From: Candidatus Hodarchaeota archaeon
Lineage (GTDB): Archaea; Asgardarchaeota; Lokiarchaeia; Sigyniarchaeales; SOKP01
Assembly: GCA_048887225.1 (NCBI GenBank)
Contig: JBHLJY010000009.1
Coordinates: 1 to 64,000 of the forward strand
DNA length: 64,000 nucleotides
Reading direction: 5' to 3'
Shown: one piece after another, positions 49,713 to 59,051 of the stretch
How the letters are laid out: each line of letters starts with the position of its first letter
Numbering within the stretch: the first letter of the stretch is position 1
Made by a program: the position numbers and the translations under genes
Notes under the pieces: generated by a model
What the model was told of the DNA's origin: nothing
Databases searched by the model: none
Seen by the model: only the letters and a program-made list of their open reading frames with translations

Positions 49713-50678
49713 ATGCCTTTAGATCCGAACCATTTAATAAAATTTTTTGAAAACATCTCAAATGATAAGTTTAGTTCAGAAATGTTATTTTTACTGATAA
49801 ACAGAATCGATAAATTATGTTTTGAAGAATGTCAAATCGATAGAATTGCGTGTACGTTGACACCGATGTGTACCAGACGTTTTCTACTTAAATTAAGAAT
49901 TAAGAACAATTTAACCATAGATGATCTTCCTCAATTTTGCTATAGTGTTCAAAAAAACACATTATATAGGGATTTCTATGGTAAGACCGTTGTTTACAAA
50001 CCTTTTGATGCTTATTTATATTTAATAGATTTTCTAGACGTTTTTTTCCATGGGGATTATAGGAAATTAAATAAATTCATATCATTTAAAAATTGGGATG
50101 AAACATTCAAAATATTTGATGATAGAATTGATAGAGGGGAGGACTTTCGTTATCAATTAACAGGCAGTTATTTGATTTTCAAATACAGCGAAAGAATCCA
50201 CATTATTTTTATTAACGAAAATTATGCACTTTGTAATGCAAACAAGGAAAATATTGTCAATTTAGAGATATTGTATGGTTTATGTGAACTTCACAGAAAA
50301 CTTTTCTTTCCTGAATTTAAGGTTAAATATAATCCTTCTAAGTTTGTAGAAATCTCAGCAATTGTGCCTAGGGATGTGATATTTAATATTTCTAGTAATC
50401 CTAATCCTGAAGGGGATTTGTCAAAATTAGACGATTATTTCTGGAATTTATTTCCAAAAGATCTTGATGCATTAATAGAAATTTGTAAAGAAATAGATAT
50501 ACATATTGACGAGTATACACGTAATTTAGTTATTAAATTAAATCTAAATTTAGAAACGAATAAATATATTGGTGTAAGAAAACAACATTCGCTAAGATAT
50601 AGAGATTTAAGGTTTTTATTTAATTTTATTTATCGATTACATTTTGATTTTTACGAGTTGCATATATCAGATTTTTAA
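49713..50678 (+). CDS. Hypothetical protein with N-terminal Cys cluster
   Basis: CFEEC-x6-C-x5-C...FCY. Confidence 0.75.
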   Translation: MPLDPNHLIKFFENISNDKFSSEMLFLLINRIDKLCFEECQIDRIACTLTPMCTRRFLLKLRIKNNLTIDDLPQFCYSVQKNTLYRDFYGKTVVYKPFDAYLYLIDFLDVFFHGDYRKLNKFISFKNWDETFKIFDDRIDRGEDFRYQLTGSYLIFKYSERIHIIFINENYALCNANKENIVNLEILYGLCELHRKLFFPEFKVKYNPSKFVEISAIVPRDVIFNISSNPNPEGDLSKLDDYFWNLFPKDLDALIEICKEIDIHIDEYTRNLVIKLNLNLETNKYIGVRKQHSLRYRDLRFLFNFIYRLHFDFYELHISDF

Positions 50679-50697
50679 AAAAAAATTGAGTGATAAA

Positions 50698-51873
50698 ATG
50701 ACAGAAACCGAAAATGATCAACAAAAAATGGAAAAAATTAAACAAATGATTGGAGAAGGAAGAATTGACGATACCGTAGATAAAATCTCGTTTTATTTAG
50801 GTCAGTCTACAGAAGAAAATTATATAGATCGATTAGAAAATGTTATTGAAACAATTTCACCTCTCCATGGAGGAAAGACTGTAATCAGGTTCTTAATAGA
50901 GCACAATATTATCGATGTTCCTGGTTTATTAGAACATCTCTCTAAAAGGGATCCACTACTACGTTATTCGTTCTTGCTGTTATTGAAAGATATTTGCGAG
51001 AACGAGGGAGATTTATTTCTTCCATATAGTGAAAATTTGTTAAATTCCGACGACCCTAATGTACGAGAAGCCAATTTGCAATTGTTAATATTTATGCTGG
51101 GGGGAGAGAAAATAAGTATTGATCAAGAATCTCTCATTGAAGCGATAGCATCAAAACTAAAGGATGAAAAGGATTTTGTAGCAGAAAAAGCGATTCAAGT
51201 TTTAAAAACGATAGGTAAAAAGTCTCCATCAATTATAACTCGCATTCTTACTGATTATACCAAGGAATGCCCTGAAAACGAAGCTTTAAAGAATAGGATA
51301 GATGATGTTCTAAAATCGATTGTTACAATAGAAAAAATTGAAGAAATTGTAGAGGAAGAAGAAGGAAAAATTCTCGAGAGAGAGAGAGAACTCAAAAAGA
51401 AAGAAATGGAACTAAAAAAAGAAAAATTAGATTTGGAAGAAAAGGTAACAGAACTGGAAGAAAAAGCTATAGTAGAAAAAGAAAAAGCATTAAAAATAAA
51501 AAAGGAATTACTGAAAGGAGAAGAAATAGAATTAATTGAAAAAGCCCGAAAAGAAATTATACCCGAAGGTTTAAAAAGATCGGAGATAAGCATTCTTGAT
51601 AAGGAATTAGAACTGAAGAAAAAAGATTTAGAAATTAAAAAGAAGAAGTTAAAATTGGAAGAGAAAGAAAAAGAACTCGAAAAAAAAGCTATTCAAGAAA
51701 GAGAGAAAGCTCTTAAATTGAAAGAAGAATTAATTGAAAAAGAGAAACAATTATCCCAAGTTGAATTAGAATTAAAACGGAAGGAGATAAAGGAAAAAGA
51801 ACGGGAAATTTTAGAAAAAGAAGCTCAAAAAGTCGATAAAAAATCGGGCGAGAATGATTCAAAATCTGATTAA
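50698..51873 (+). CDS. HEAT/ARM-repeat head plus E/K coiled-coil tail (start re-called to ATG 50698)
   Basis: DPLLRY, DDPNVRE, DEKDFVAE repeats; long E/K heptads with an internal duplication; GAGTGA RBS. Confidence 0.8.
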   Translation: MTETENDQQKMEKIKQMIGEGRIDDTVDKISFYLGQSTEENYIDRLENVIETISPLHGGKTVIRFLIEHNIIDVPGLLEHLSKRDPLLRYSFLLLLKDICENEGDLFLPYSENLLNSDDPNVREANLQLLIFMLGGEKISIDQESLIEAIASKLKDEKDFVAEKAIQVLKTIGKKSPSIITRILTDYTKECPENEALKNRIDDVLKSIVTIEKIEEIVEEEEGKILERERELKKKEMELKKEKLDLEEKVTELEEKAIVEKEKALKIKKELLKGEEIELIEKARKEIIPEGLKRSEISILDKELELKKKDLEIKKKKLKLEEKEKELEKKAIQEREKALKLKEELIEKEKQLSQVELELKRKEIKEKEREILEKEAQKVDKKSGENDSKSD

Positions 51874-51875
51874 GA

Positions 51876-52880
51876 TTATCTTTTATCTTTTTGCTCTGTT
51901 ATTGGTGTAGAATGTAATCTATTTACTATTTTTCGAATCTCCTCAATTCTTACACTATTTGGAGGTAAACTTGTTTGAATATCTTTGGCAAGTTTGTAAG
52001 CCAATTCAATGTAATTTAAGTCTTCTAGAAATTCGACAATTTGAATCTGATAATCAACATCTTTGGCCCTCTCTCCATATTCAAGTAATTTCTCTTTGAG
52101 TAATCGATCTATTTTTTCAGTTCTTTCTACCCATTTAACTTTTTTCACTAATTGTTTGAAGCTGTTTATTATATTATACATTTCAGATTTCGGATAGTCA
52201 TCTATGTTCTTTAACACATAAAAAATATAAATTTCAGCTTTTTCCCAGCGTTTAAATTTTAAACATGTTTCTACTAAATCTAAGATTGCTAATTCATATA
52301 AGAACTTAGATTCTATTTGTGGTATTATTTTTTCAAAAATCCAATCAATTAAATTAGGCTGATTAAATCTGTCGATTATATCGAGTAAGAATTTGAGTAC
52401 TGCGTAGTAAATTTTTGCATTTTCTGTTTTAGTTGATGTTAGAAAAGAAATTAAACAATATTTTACTCTTCCCATAGCGTCTTCAAGATTAGGAGGTTTT
52501 TCAGCAAATTTGTAAAAAGCAGATTCTAAAATTGGTTTCATTTTGTCTTTGGCTTCAAAATCATAAATAAAATATTCACCCCAATTCGGGCTCAAACTAG
52601 CGGATTCCTTTTGCATGCTACTTATTTTCTGTCGCTGTGGTCTTTTTATTTTTGGTTTTTGTGTTTTTAATTTTTCTGAAAGCAGTTTAGCTTGCTCTTC
52701 TGATATGATTTCAAGTATAATTTTGTCTTTTTCTTGAGGAACAATCATTTTGAAAAAGACTTCCTGATTTTCTTCAAATAATTCATCTCGTAAGCTTTTA
52801 GGAAAAGTAATTCCTGTTTTAGCTTTCTTTATAATATCCTCAAAAAAAAATTCTTCTTTAGATTTCTTTTCTTCCGACAT
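51876..52880 (-). CDS. AbrB-like N-terminal domain plus alpha-helical repeat region
   Basis: KTGITFPKSLRDEL...KIILEI (SpoVT/AbrB pattern), TPR-like helices. Confidence 0.6.
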   Translation of the reverse strand: MSEEKKSKEEFFFEDIIKKAKTGITFPKSLRDELFEENQEVFFKMIVPQEKDKIILEIISEEQAKLLSEKLKTQKPKIKRPQRQKISSMQKESASLSPNWGEYFIYDFEAKDKMKPILESAFYKFAEKPPNLEDAMGRVKYCLISFLTSTKTENAKIYYAVLKFLLDIIDRFNQPNLIDWIFEKIIPQIESKFLYELAILDLVETCLKFKRWEKAEIYIFYVLKNIDDYPKSEMYNIINSFKQLVKKVKWVERTEKIDRLLKEKLLEYGERAKDVDYQIQIVEFLEDLNYIELAYKLAKDIQTSLPPNSVRIEEIRKIVNRLHSTPITEQKDKR

Positions 52881-52919
52881 TTTATTTTATTCTCATAAAA
52901 AAATTAAGAGTAAAAATGT

Positions 52920-53501
52920 TTAGCCCGTGATATTTACGAGCTCCACCCCTCTAACCACAAAATTCTGATCCACATAAGTTACTATCGCATGACCTTTATG
53001 TTGATAGACAAGGGGAACAGGAAAAGATGTTGCGCTCTTAATCATACTTTTCTTAACATATAACGGGAGAGTTTTTTTACAGACTCTACAAAATACGTCA
53101 ACTTTTTCAATCAAATCATCCAAATTTTCTATAATTTCATTCACGTGGCTCGTAAAATCTTTGAACACATTAGCAGAAACATTTCCATAGCTTAAAATAA
53201 CATCAATGTCCCAGATTTCGTGAAATTTTCTATCTACATCTTCTAATATAGCTTCTAAAAGTTGAAATTGTGTCTCTTGATTACTGCCAATAGTATATAA
53301 TAGATTACCTTTTCTAATATATACAATTTTCATATTTCCTTTATTTAAATGAAAATAAATATCTTTAGTCGTATTTTCTTTAACGATGTTCAAATCTAAA
53401 ATATAGCTTCTAAAAGATTGAGGAGATTTCCATTCAAATAATGTCATTCCTTCGTTAGATATGTTAATAAAATTCAGATTATTTTGGATATTTTGAGCCA
53501 T
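52920..53501 (-). CDS. Longin-like domain plus CxxC...HxxH domain
   Basis: FINISNEGMTLFE..KIVYIRKGNLLYTIGS..LLEAILEDVDRKF..FKDFTSHVNEII; CRVC..YQHKGHAIVTYVDQNF. Confidence 0.65.
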   Translation of the reverse strand: MAQNIQNNLNFINISNEGMTLFEWKSPQSFRSYILDLNIVKENTTKDIYFHLNKGNMKIVYIRKGNLLYTIGSNQETQFQLLEAILEDVDRKFHEIWDIDVILSYGNVSANVFKDFTSHVNEIIENLDDLIEKVDVFCRVCKKTLPLYVKKSMIKSATSFPVPLVYQHKGHAIVTYVDQNFVVRGVELVNITG

Positions 53502-53708
53502 TTTAATTTTAGTATGTATCTTTTAGCATCCTATATATTATTTCTTTAAGGGTTTAAATTATTTATATATTTTTATATTTATGGTCTAACGACTAAAATA
53601 TAGATATTTTACGATATTTTAAAAATAGTTATGCTGGACAAAAATTTTTAAGTTTTTTTTATTTTGGTTATTACAAATTATAAAAAATGAAATAAATCTG
53701 AAGCTGAA

Positions 53709-54551
53709 ATGAATAAAAAAAAAATTTATAGAGACCTCAGTTATTTTCAAGAAACATATTTAGATGAAGATTATAAAAATATATCATTTAAAATAATTTT
53801 AATCCAACCCGAACACGCTGGAAATATAGGTTCTATAGCGCGTGTAATGAAAAATTTCAATTTTAAACATTTGGTAATATTTAATCCTATAGAAGCTGTT
53901 GAACGCATTTTAAGTTATGAGACCCAAGGTTTCGCAATGGCGGCAAAAGAGATTCTATTAAATTCTGAAATAATTACGATTGATAAATATAAAAATCATA
54001 TAACCGAGCTCACAGAATATCTTAAAAAATTCGATTTAGTTTTAGCAACAACAGCAAAAGGAAAGAGATATACAAATATTGAAAGACTAGCGATTTTTCC
54101 TGAAGATTTGTCAATTCCAAAATCCAAGATGCCTTTAAATATTGCAGTTTTGTTTGGGAAGGAATCACGAGGCTTAACAAATGAGGAAATAAGCTGTGCA
54201 GATATTATTTTAAGAATCCCGACGAGTAATAAATATTCAGCTTTAAATTTATCTCATGCTTGCGGAATAATTCTATACGAGATTTTCAAGAAAATCCATA
54301 TGCTAAATATTGGAAGAGGTGAGCATCCTGTTTTACTTGCGGGTAAAGAAGGTCGCAATTTACTCTATTCATTCGTAAATAATCTAATTGAAAAATTGAA
54401 AATAAGAAATTATAAAGAACAAAATGTATATTTTGCTTTTAAAAATATATTTGAGAGAGCAATAATATCTAAAAAAGAATTAGGTCTTATTATCGGTCTT
54501 TTTTCCAAATTGGACTCTGTTTTAAAAGATATAAGGCTTTATGAAAAATAG
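53709..54551 (+). CDS. trmJ: SPOUT tRNA methyltransferase, TrmJ type
   Basis: PEHAGNIGSIARVMKNF, FGKESRGLTNEEI, IPTS.KY.ALNLSHA. Confidence 0.85.
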   Translation: MNKKKIYRDLSYFQETYLDEDYKNISFKIILIQPEHAGNIGSIARVMKNFNFKHLVIFNPIEAVERILSYETQGFAMAAKEILLNSEIITIDKYKNHITELTEYLKKFDLVLATTAKGKRYTNIERLAIFPEDLSIPKSKMPLNIAVLFGKESRGLTNEEISCADIILRIPTSNKYSALNLSHACGIILYEIFKKIHMLNIGRGEHPVLLAGKEGRNLLYSFVNNLIEKLKIRNYKEQNVYFAFKNIFERAIISKKELGLIIGLFSKLDSVLKDIRLYEK

Positions 54552-54554
54552 ATT

Positions 54555-56228
54555 TCATTTTTGAATAGGATATTTTCCCACAGTTTTTGTAGCCCTTATT
54601 ATAGTTCTGATATGTTCAGGGGGTAAATCTCTAGGAATCTCACAACCAAAAGCTAGCCAATAGCCTCCTCCCTCAGCAGCAATTTTTATATGATCAGAAC
54701 AATCATCATAAACTTGTTTTGGACTTGCTGTCATAAGTTGATTGTAATCCAAGTTACCCATGATGGTTACTTCATTTCCAATTAATTTTTTAGCCCATGC
54801 CAAATCTACTTGATAATCAAATTGAATAGCGCCTCCTGGGTTAGTTTCTCTTGCAAAGTGAATGCATTGGGGGACATAACCACAGCAATGAATTAAAACT
54901 TTTAATCCTAATTTATTAATTTTATTACAAGCTTTTTTTTCTGGTTCAAGGCAAAATCTTTTGAAGAATTCTGGCGACATAAAATAAGCTGCTGTCTCAC
55001 CCATTCCTACTATATCAGCACCAGCCTCATACATAGAACGAGCAATTTCGACCCCCCAATCCGCATACCAATTTAGGATTTCATCAAATTCGTCTGGATG
55101 ATCTAAAATATAGAAGAATTGCATAGGATCTGCTCCTGCTAAAAGTGTAACCCCTTGGAAAGGTCCTTCAAGCCATCCAATGATAGGCACATCATCTCCG
55201 ACTTTCTTTTTCGCTATTTCTATTCCGTTTATAGTGGCAGTTAATCGACCAGAATTCATAGGATCAGGCATATCAAGATTTTTGAAATCGTTATACAGAT
55301 TTCCGTGCCTCAGTACTGGTTCTACAATACGGGGTACATCGTCTTCGGGAAAATCAATCTTGGCTCCACATGCTTCAGCATAGATTCCTACATCTGAAGA
55401 AAAACAAAGAGCATCCCATCCAAAATCATTATAAGCTTTTAATTGTCCTCTTGAAATTGCTTCGGCCTCACTTACATAGATTGAGAACGGAATTCCTATA
55501 TATTTTGCGGAAAAAGTTTGAGCAAAAGGCATAAAAGGCACTCTATCAGGCTCTTTATGTTTAAGAGAGGTCATAACACGGTCGTAAGGTGTCATTTCTG
55601 CTTTAAGATCATCTGAAAATTCCTTAACTTTTAAAACTAATTCGTTGACATCTTTTACATAAGCATCAACATTTAATTTATTCGCTATAGCTTGAGATCC
55701 AGCAGGACCACTGAGTATTGTTCTTATTTTATGCCTAGCCCCTCGCTTCCATAGTTCATTCTCCAACTTAGCAACATCATCTTGAGTTTGCATTAAATAA
55801 ATAGCTGACGCTACAATTCTAGCATTTGATTCGACAGCAGTCTGTGCGATTTTCTCTGGAGATATATCTGAACCAGCATCAATGACTTCAAAACCATGCG
55901 CCTTCAAATTGGCAGCTACAATCGCAGTGCCAATAGTCCATGGACCCCCCATAACACCCAATACAATCTTTTCTTCAGGTGGCTTTGATTGATCTGATAA
56001 CCCGAGCGATTGTACTCCTACTTCAAAAGCTGCAGCAGACATAATTATATTGTCAAGATACATTCCTTTTGTATTGTATTTTTCAGAAACTTCAGTTAAA
56101 CCAGAAGATAAGGCTTGAATAATTTCTTGAGAAGAAATATTTCTTTTTGCTTTCCTTACTAATCTACCTAAAGTCTTATATTCGCCCCTAATCGTTGCCT
56201 CCGTAATTTGTTCAAGAATACTAGACAT
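54555..56228 (-). CDS. Fusion of corrinoid-binding (cap + Rossmann) domain and MtaA/CmuA/URO-D-family methyltransferase
   Basis: Cap helices, HGFEVIDAG, PDRVP, EACGA, LIHCCG, MGNLD, GCEIP. Confidence 0.88.
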   Translation of the reverse strand: MSSILEQITEATIRGEYKTLGRLVRKAKRNISSQEIIQALSSGLTEVSEKYNTKGMYLDNIIMSAAAFEVGVQSLGLSDQSKPPEEKIVLGVMGGPWTIGTAIVAANLKAHGFEVIDAGSDISPEKIAQTAVESNARIVASAIYLMQTQDDVAKLENELWKRGARHKIRTILSGPAGSQAIANKLNVDAYVKDVNELVLKVKEFSDDLKAEMTPYDRVMTSLKHKEPDRVPFMPFAQTFSAKYIGIPFSIYVSEAEAISRGQLKAYNDFGWDALCFSSDVGIYAEACGAKIDFPEDDVPRIVEPVLRHGNLYNDFKNLDMPDPMNSGRLTATINGIEIAKKKVGDDVPIIGWLEGPFQGVTLLAGADPMQFFYILDHPDEFDEILNWYADWGVEIARSMYEAGADIVGMGETAAYFMSPEFFKRFCLEPEKKACNKINKLGLKVLIHCCGYVPQCIHFARETNPGGAIQFDYQVDLAWAKKLIGNEVTIMGNLDYNQLMTASPKQVYDDCSDHIKIAAEGGGYWLAFGCEIPRDLPPEHIRTIIRATKTVGKYPIQK

Positions 56229-56242
56229 TTATAGACATCTTT

Positions 56243-56290
56243 TTCAATCAATCAAATATATTAATTATTTACAAGTAAGTATTGATTGAA
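56243..56290. promoter_or_regulatory. 10-bp perfect inverted repeat in a divergent promoter
   Basis: TTCAATCAAT (56243-52) N28 ATTGATTGAA (56281-90). Confidence 0.4.
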
Positions 56291-56377
56291 TTTCTATAAA
56301 AATTTTTAAGAATTAATTATTTATAAGTATAAATATTTTTGAGTTTCAGTTTAATAGGTTTTTCTTTGAGGTCCAAT

Positions 56378-57529
56378 ATGGTAAACATTAATTATCGCCA
56401 TTATCAGGAAGGAGATGATCCGCAACTTGCTGATTTATTTAATAGAGCCTTTCAAATGAATGGTTTAAGTGTAGTTAGAACACCTAAAAGTTGGAATTGG
56501 CGTTATATTCAATCTCCTAGTTTTGAGCCTGAAATGTGTCAAATTGCTGAAGAAATTGAAAATAAAAAGATTGTTGGTGCGGTTTGTGTTAATCTAATTG
56601 AAAAAATATCCTTTAATGGAAATGAATACTTAGTAGGTGAAATTAACGATGTATCTTGTCATCCGGACTTTACAAGAAGAGGAATAGCAACTAATTTAAT
56701 GAAAATGGCGATTAATTATATGGAAAAAAAGGGGTGTGATATTTCAATCCTTGGTGCCGACTATGATGGCCATGCGAGAAAAAAGATTTATTTAAAATTA
56801 GGATATTTTGATGTTGATGGGGGATATACTTTTTTACAATTCCCAAATCTCTTCAAATTAACAAAGGACATCATAGCCTTTGCAATTTTTTTTCCTGTAT
56901 TTTTCACTATTTCGTATATTCCTCGATTTTTGAGTAGATTAAGAATAAAATATAATAATTTCTTTAGAAATTTTTCTTGGGAAATAAACGACAATAAGAA
57001 ACATACTGAATTTATGGAAGCTGTTAACGAGATAATTCCAAAATATTACACAGGTTTTCCATTATATAATAAAAAAAAATTTGAATGGGCGCGCATGAAA
57101 GTTCCCGCTAAACGGCACAGACCTACTTATGTTATAATAAAAAAAAGAAGTAAAATCATAGGAGGCGCCGTAATTACTCATCAAAATATTTATGCATTTA
57201 AATATGGCATAAAATTCAGAATTGGAATAATACATGATATTTTCCTAGATAAAACTCAGTTTACCAATAAAAAGAACTTGCATTTAGGATACATATATCT
57301 GATAGATAAAATAATTAAAGCTGCTACACGAAGGAATATAGGAATTTTAATGTATATGGCTACTTCTAAAGATTTTGATATACATAAAGCTCTGAAGGGC
57401 ATGAATTATCTTAAATTAAAAGGTGAAACCACTATGATAAAGCCTATAAAAAAAGATATTAAGATTACTAATCTTTTTTTCAAAAAGCCTTTATTTTTAC
57501 CTACTTATGTATCTTCAGGCGTTCCATAG
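56378..57529 (+). CDS. GNAT acetyltransferase, probably tandem GNAT (start re-called to ATG 56378)
   Basis: DVSCHPDFTRRGIATNLM, IYLKLGY; GAGGT RBS. Confidence 0.85.
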   Translation: MVNINYRHYQEGDDPQLADLFNRAFQMNGLSVVRTPKSWNWRYIQSPSFEPEMCQIAEEIENKKIVGAVCVNLIEKISFNGNEYLVGEINDVSCHPDFTRRGIATNLMKMAINYMEKKGCDISILGADYDGHARKKIYLKLGYFDVDGGYTFLQFPNLFKLTKDIIAFAIFFPVFFTISYIPRFLSRLRIKYNNFFRNFSWEINDNKKHTEFMEAVNEIIPKYYTGFPLYNKKKFEWARMKVPAKRHRPTYVIIKKRSKIIGGAVITHQNIYAFKYGIKFRIGIIHDIFLDKTQFTNKKNLHLGYIYLIDKIIKAATRRNIGILMYMATSKDFDIHKALKGMNYLKLKGETTMIKPIKKDIKITNLFFKKPLFLPTYVSSGVP

Positions 57530-57637
57530 TTATTCCTTTCAATCGAAATAAGATATTTCTATGAATCTTTATATAGAAAAAGACCAAATCTCTATATGAA
57601 CTTTATAAATTTTTGAATCTAGGATAAATGATTAAAT

Positions 57638-59044
57638 ATGAGAAATCGAACAGAAAAAAAAGCTAAAGCATTATCAACAAAAAAAGCTTTAGGATTTGGG
57701 ATTGGTCAATTTTCAGATGCAATTGCGCTTCAAATGTTTACAATTTATATTTTTACGTTTTACTACGCAGTTGTTGGATTAAATGTTAATCTTATTACGA
57801 TTGGTTTTATAATCTGGTCTTTATGGAATGCGTTTAACGATCCATTACTAGGAGCATTATCAGATCGAACAAAAACAAAATGGGGAAGAAGGACACCATT
57901 TATTATTGGAAGTATTGGTCCGTTATGTATCATAATAATATTATTATATACGCCTCCTTCTGATATTGTTGTTATATCGTTTATCTATTTTATCATTGTA
58001 ATGATGTTATTTGATACTTTTTACACAATGTATGATTTGAATTATTGCGCCTTATTTCCTGAAATGTTCCAAAATTTAGAAGATAGAGCTAAGGCAAGTG
58101 CTTTTAAACAAATATTTACTGTAATTGGTTTAATTTTTGCCTTTTTAGTGCCAACACTTATTATTCCTGATTTAACAAATAAAAAATATATTACCAATTA
58201 TATGTATGCGGGGATTGTCATGAGCATTATAATATTCATTGGTGCAATAGTGATGATAAAATTCGGAATAAGAGAAAGAGCAGAATTTTCTGAAGATTAT
58301 AAAACAGCCCCTCCATTATTTACTTCCTTAAAATTTTCTATGAAGAATAAAAGTTTTAGAATTTTTATTATCATGAATCTAACATATTGGTATGTCGTGG
58401 GAATGCTTCCAATCATTGTGCCACTTTACGGCAAATTTGTCTTAGGAATTGGGGAAGGAGAAGCATATTTATTAGGGCTTCTATTAGGTATCGCATTTAT
58501 TTCAGCGGCAGGGTGTATGTCGCTATGGCGTTTTATAGCTATTAGAGTAGGGATGAAAAAAGGTGTAATGATATCAATGGCAACATTTATAATTACATTA
58601 ATTCCATTTATGTTTATATCTGACACATCAACTGCGTTTTTAGCATTCCTTTTTGTTGGATTGGGTCTTTCAGGAGCCTTTTATTTTGGAGATATTCTTC
58701 TTGCTGCAATTATAGATGATGATGAGTTAAATATAGGGACTCGACGTGATGGAGGCTATTATGGTATTAACGCTTTAATTACTAAATTATCTACGATAAT
58801 TGTAATAATTACGATTAATATAGTATTTAATACCGTTGGTTGGGCCGTTTTTGACCCAAAAGGAGCTGATGAGCAGACTATTTTCGGCCTTCGAAGTTTG
58901 ATAGTTATTTTTCCAGCGATTGCCCTAGGAATTGGATTATTAGTAATTAGTCGATTTCCAATTACTAAAGAAAGATATGAACAGATTAAGATTGATATCG
59001 AAAAATTACATACAGAGAAAAAGAAAAGACGAGCAATGCTTTAA
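57638..59044 (+). CDS. MFS transporter, GPH/MelB family
   Basis: NAFNDPLLGALSDRTKTKWGRRTPF, ALFPEM, IIDDDEL..G.RRDGGYYG. Confidence 0.92.
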   Translation: MRNRTEKKAKALSTKKALGFGIGQFSDAIALQMFTIYIFTFYYAVVGLNVNLITIGFIIWSLWNAFNDPLLGALSDRTKTKWGRRTPFIIGSIGPLCIIIILLYTPPSDIVVISFIYFIIVMMLFDTFYTMYDLNYCALFPEMFQNLEDRAKASAFKQIFTVIGLIFAFLVPTLIIPDLTNKKYITNYMYAGIVMSIIIFIGAIVMIKFGIRERAEFSEDYKTAPPLFTSLKFSMKNKSFRIFIIMNLTYWYVVGMLPIIVPLYGKFVLGIGEGEAYLLGLLLGIAFISAAGCMSLWRFIAIRVGMKKGVMISMATFIITLIPFMFISDTSTAFLAFLFVGLGLSGAFYFGDILLAAIIDDDELNIGTRRDGGYYGINALITKLSTIIVIITINIVFNTVGWAVFDPKGADEQTIFGLRSLIVIFPAIALGIGLLVISRFPITKERYEQIKIDIEKLHTEKKKRRAML

Positions 59045-59051
59045 ATATTTT

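Noticed and set aside
50644-50700. Possible frameshift fusion at TTTTTAAAAAAAAA between the 49713 gene and the HEAT gene
   Set aside because: The downstream gene has its own GAGTGA RBS and ATG at 50698, and homopolymers are ubiquitous in this genome
51376-51389. (GA)n microsatellite as a phase-variation site
   Set aside because: Encodes ERERE within an E/K/R coiled coil and the frame is intact
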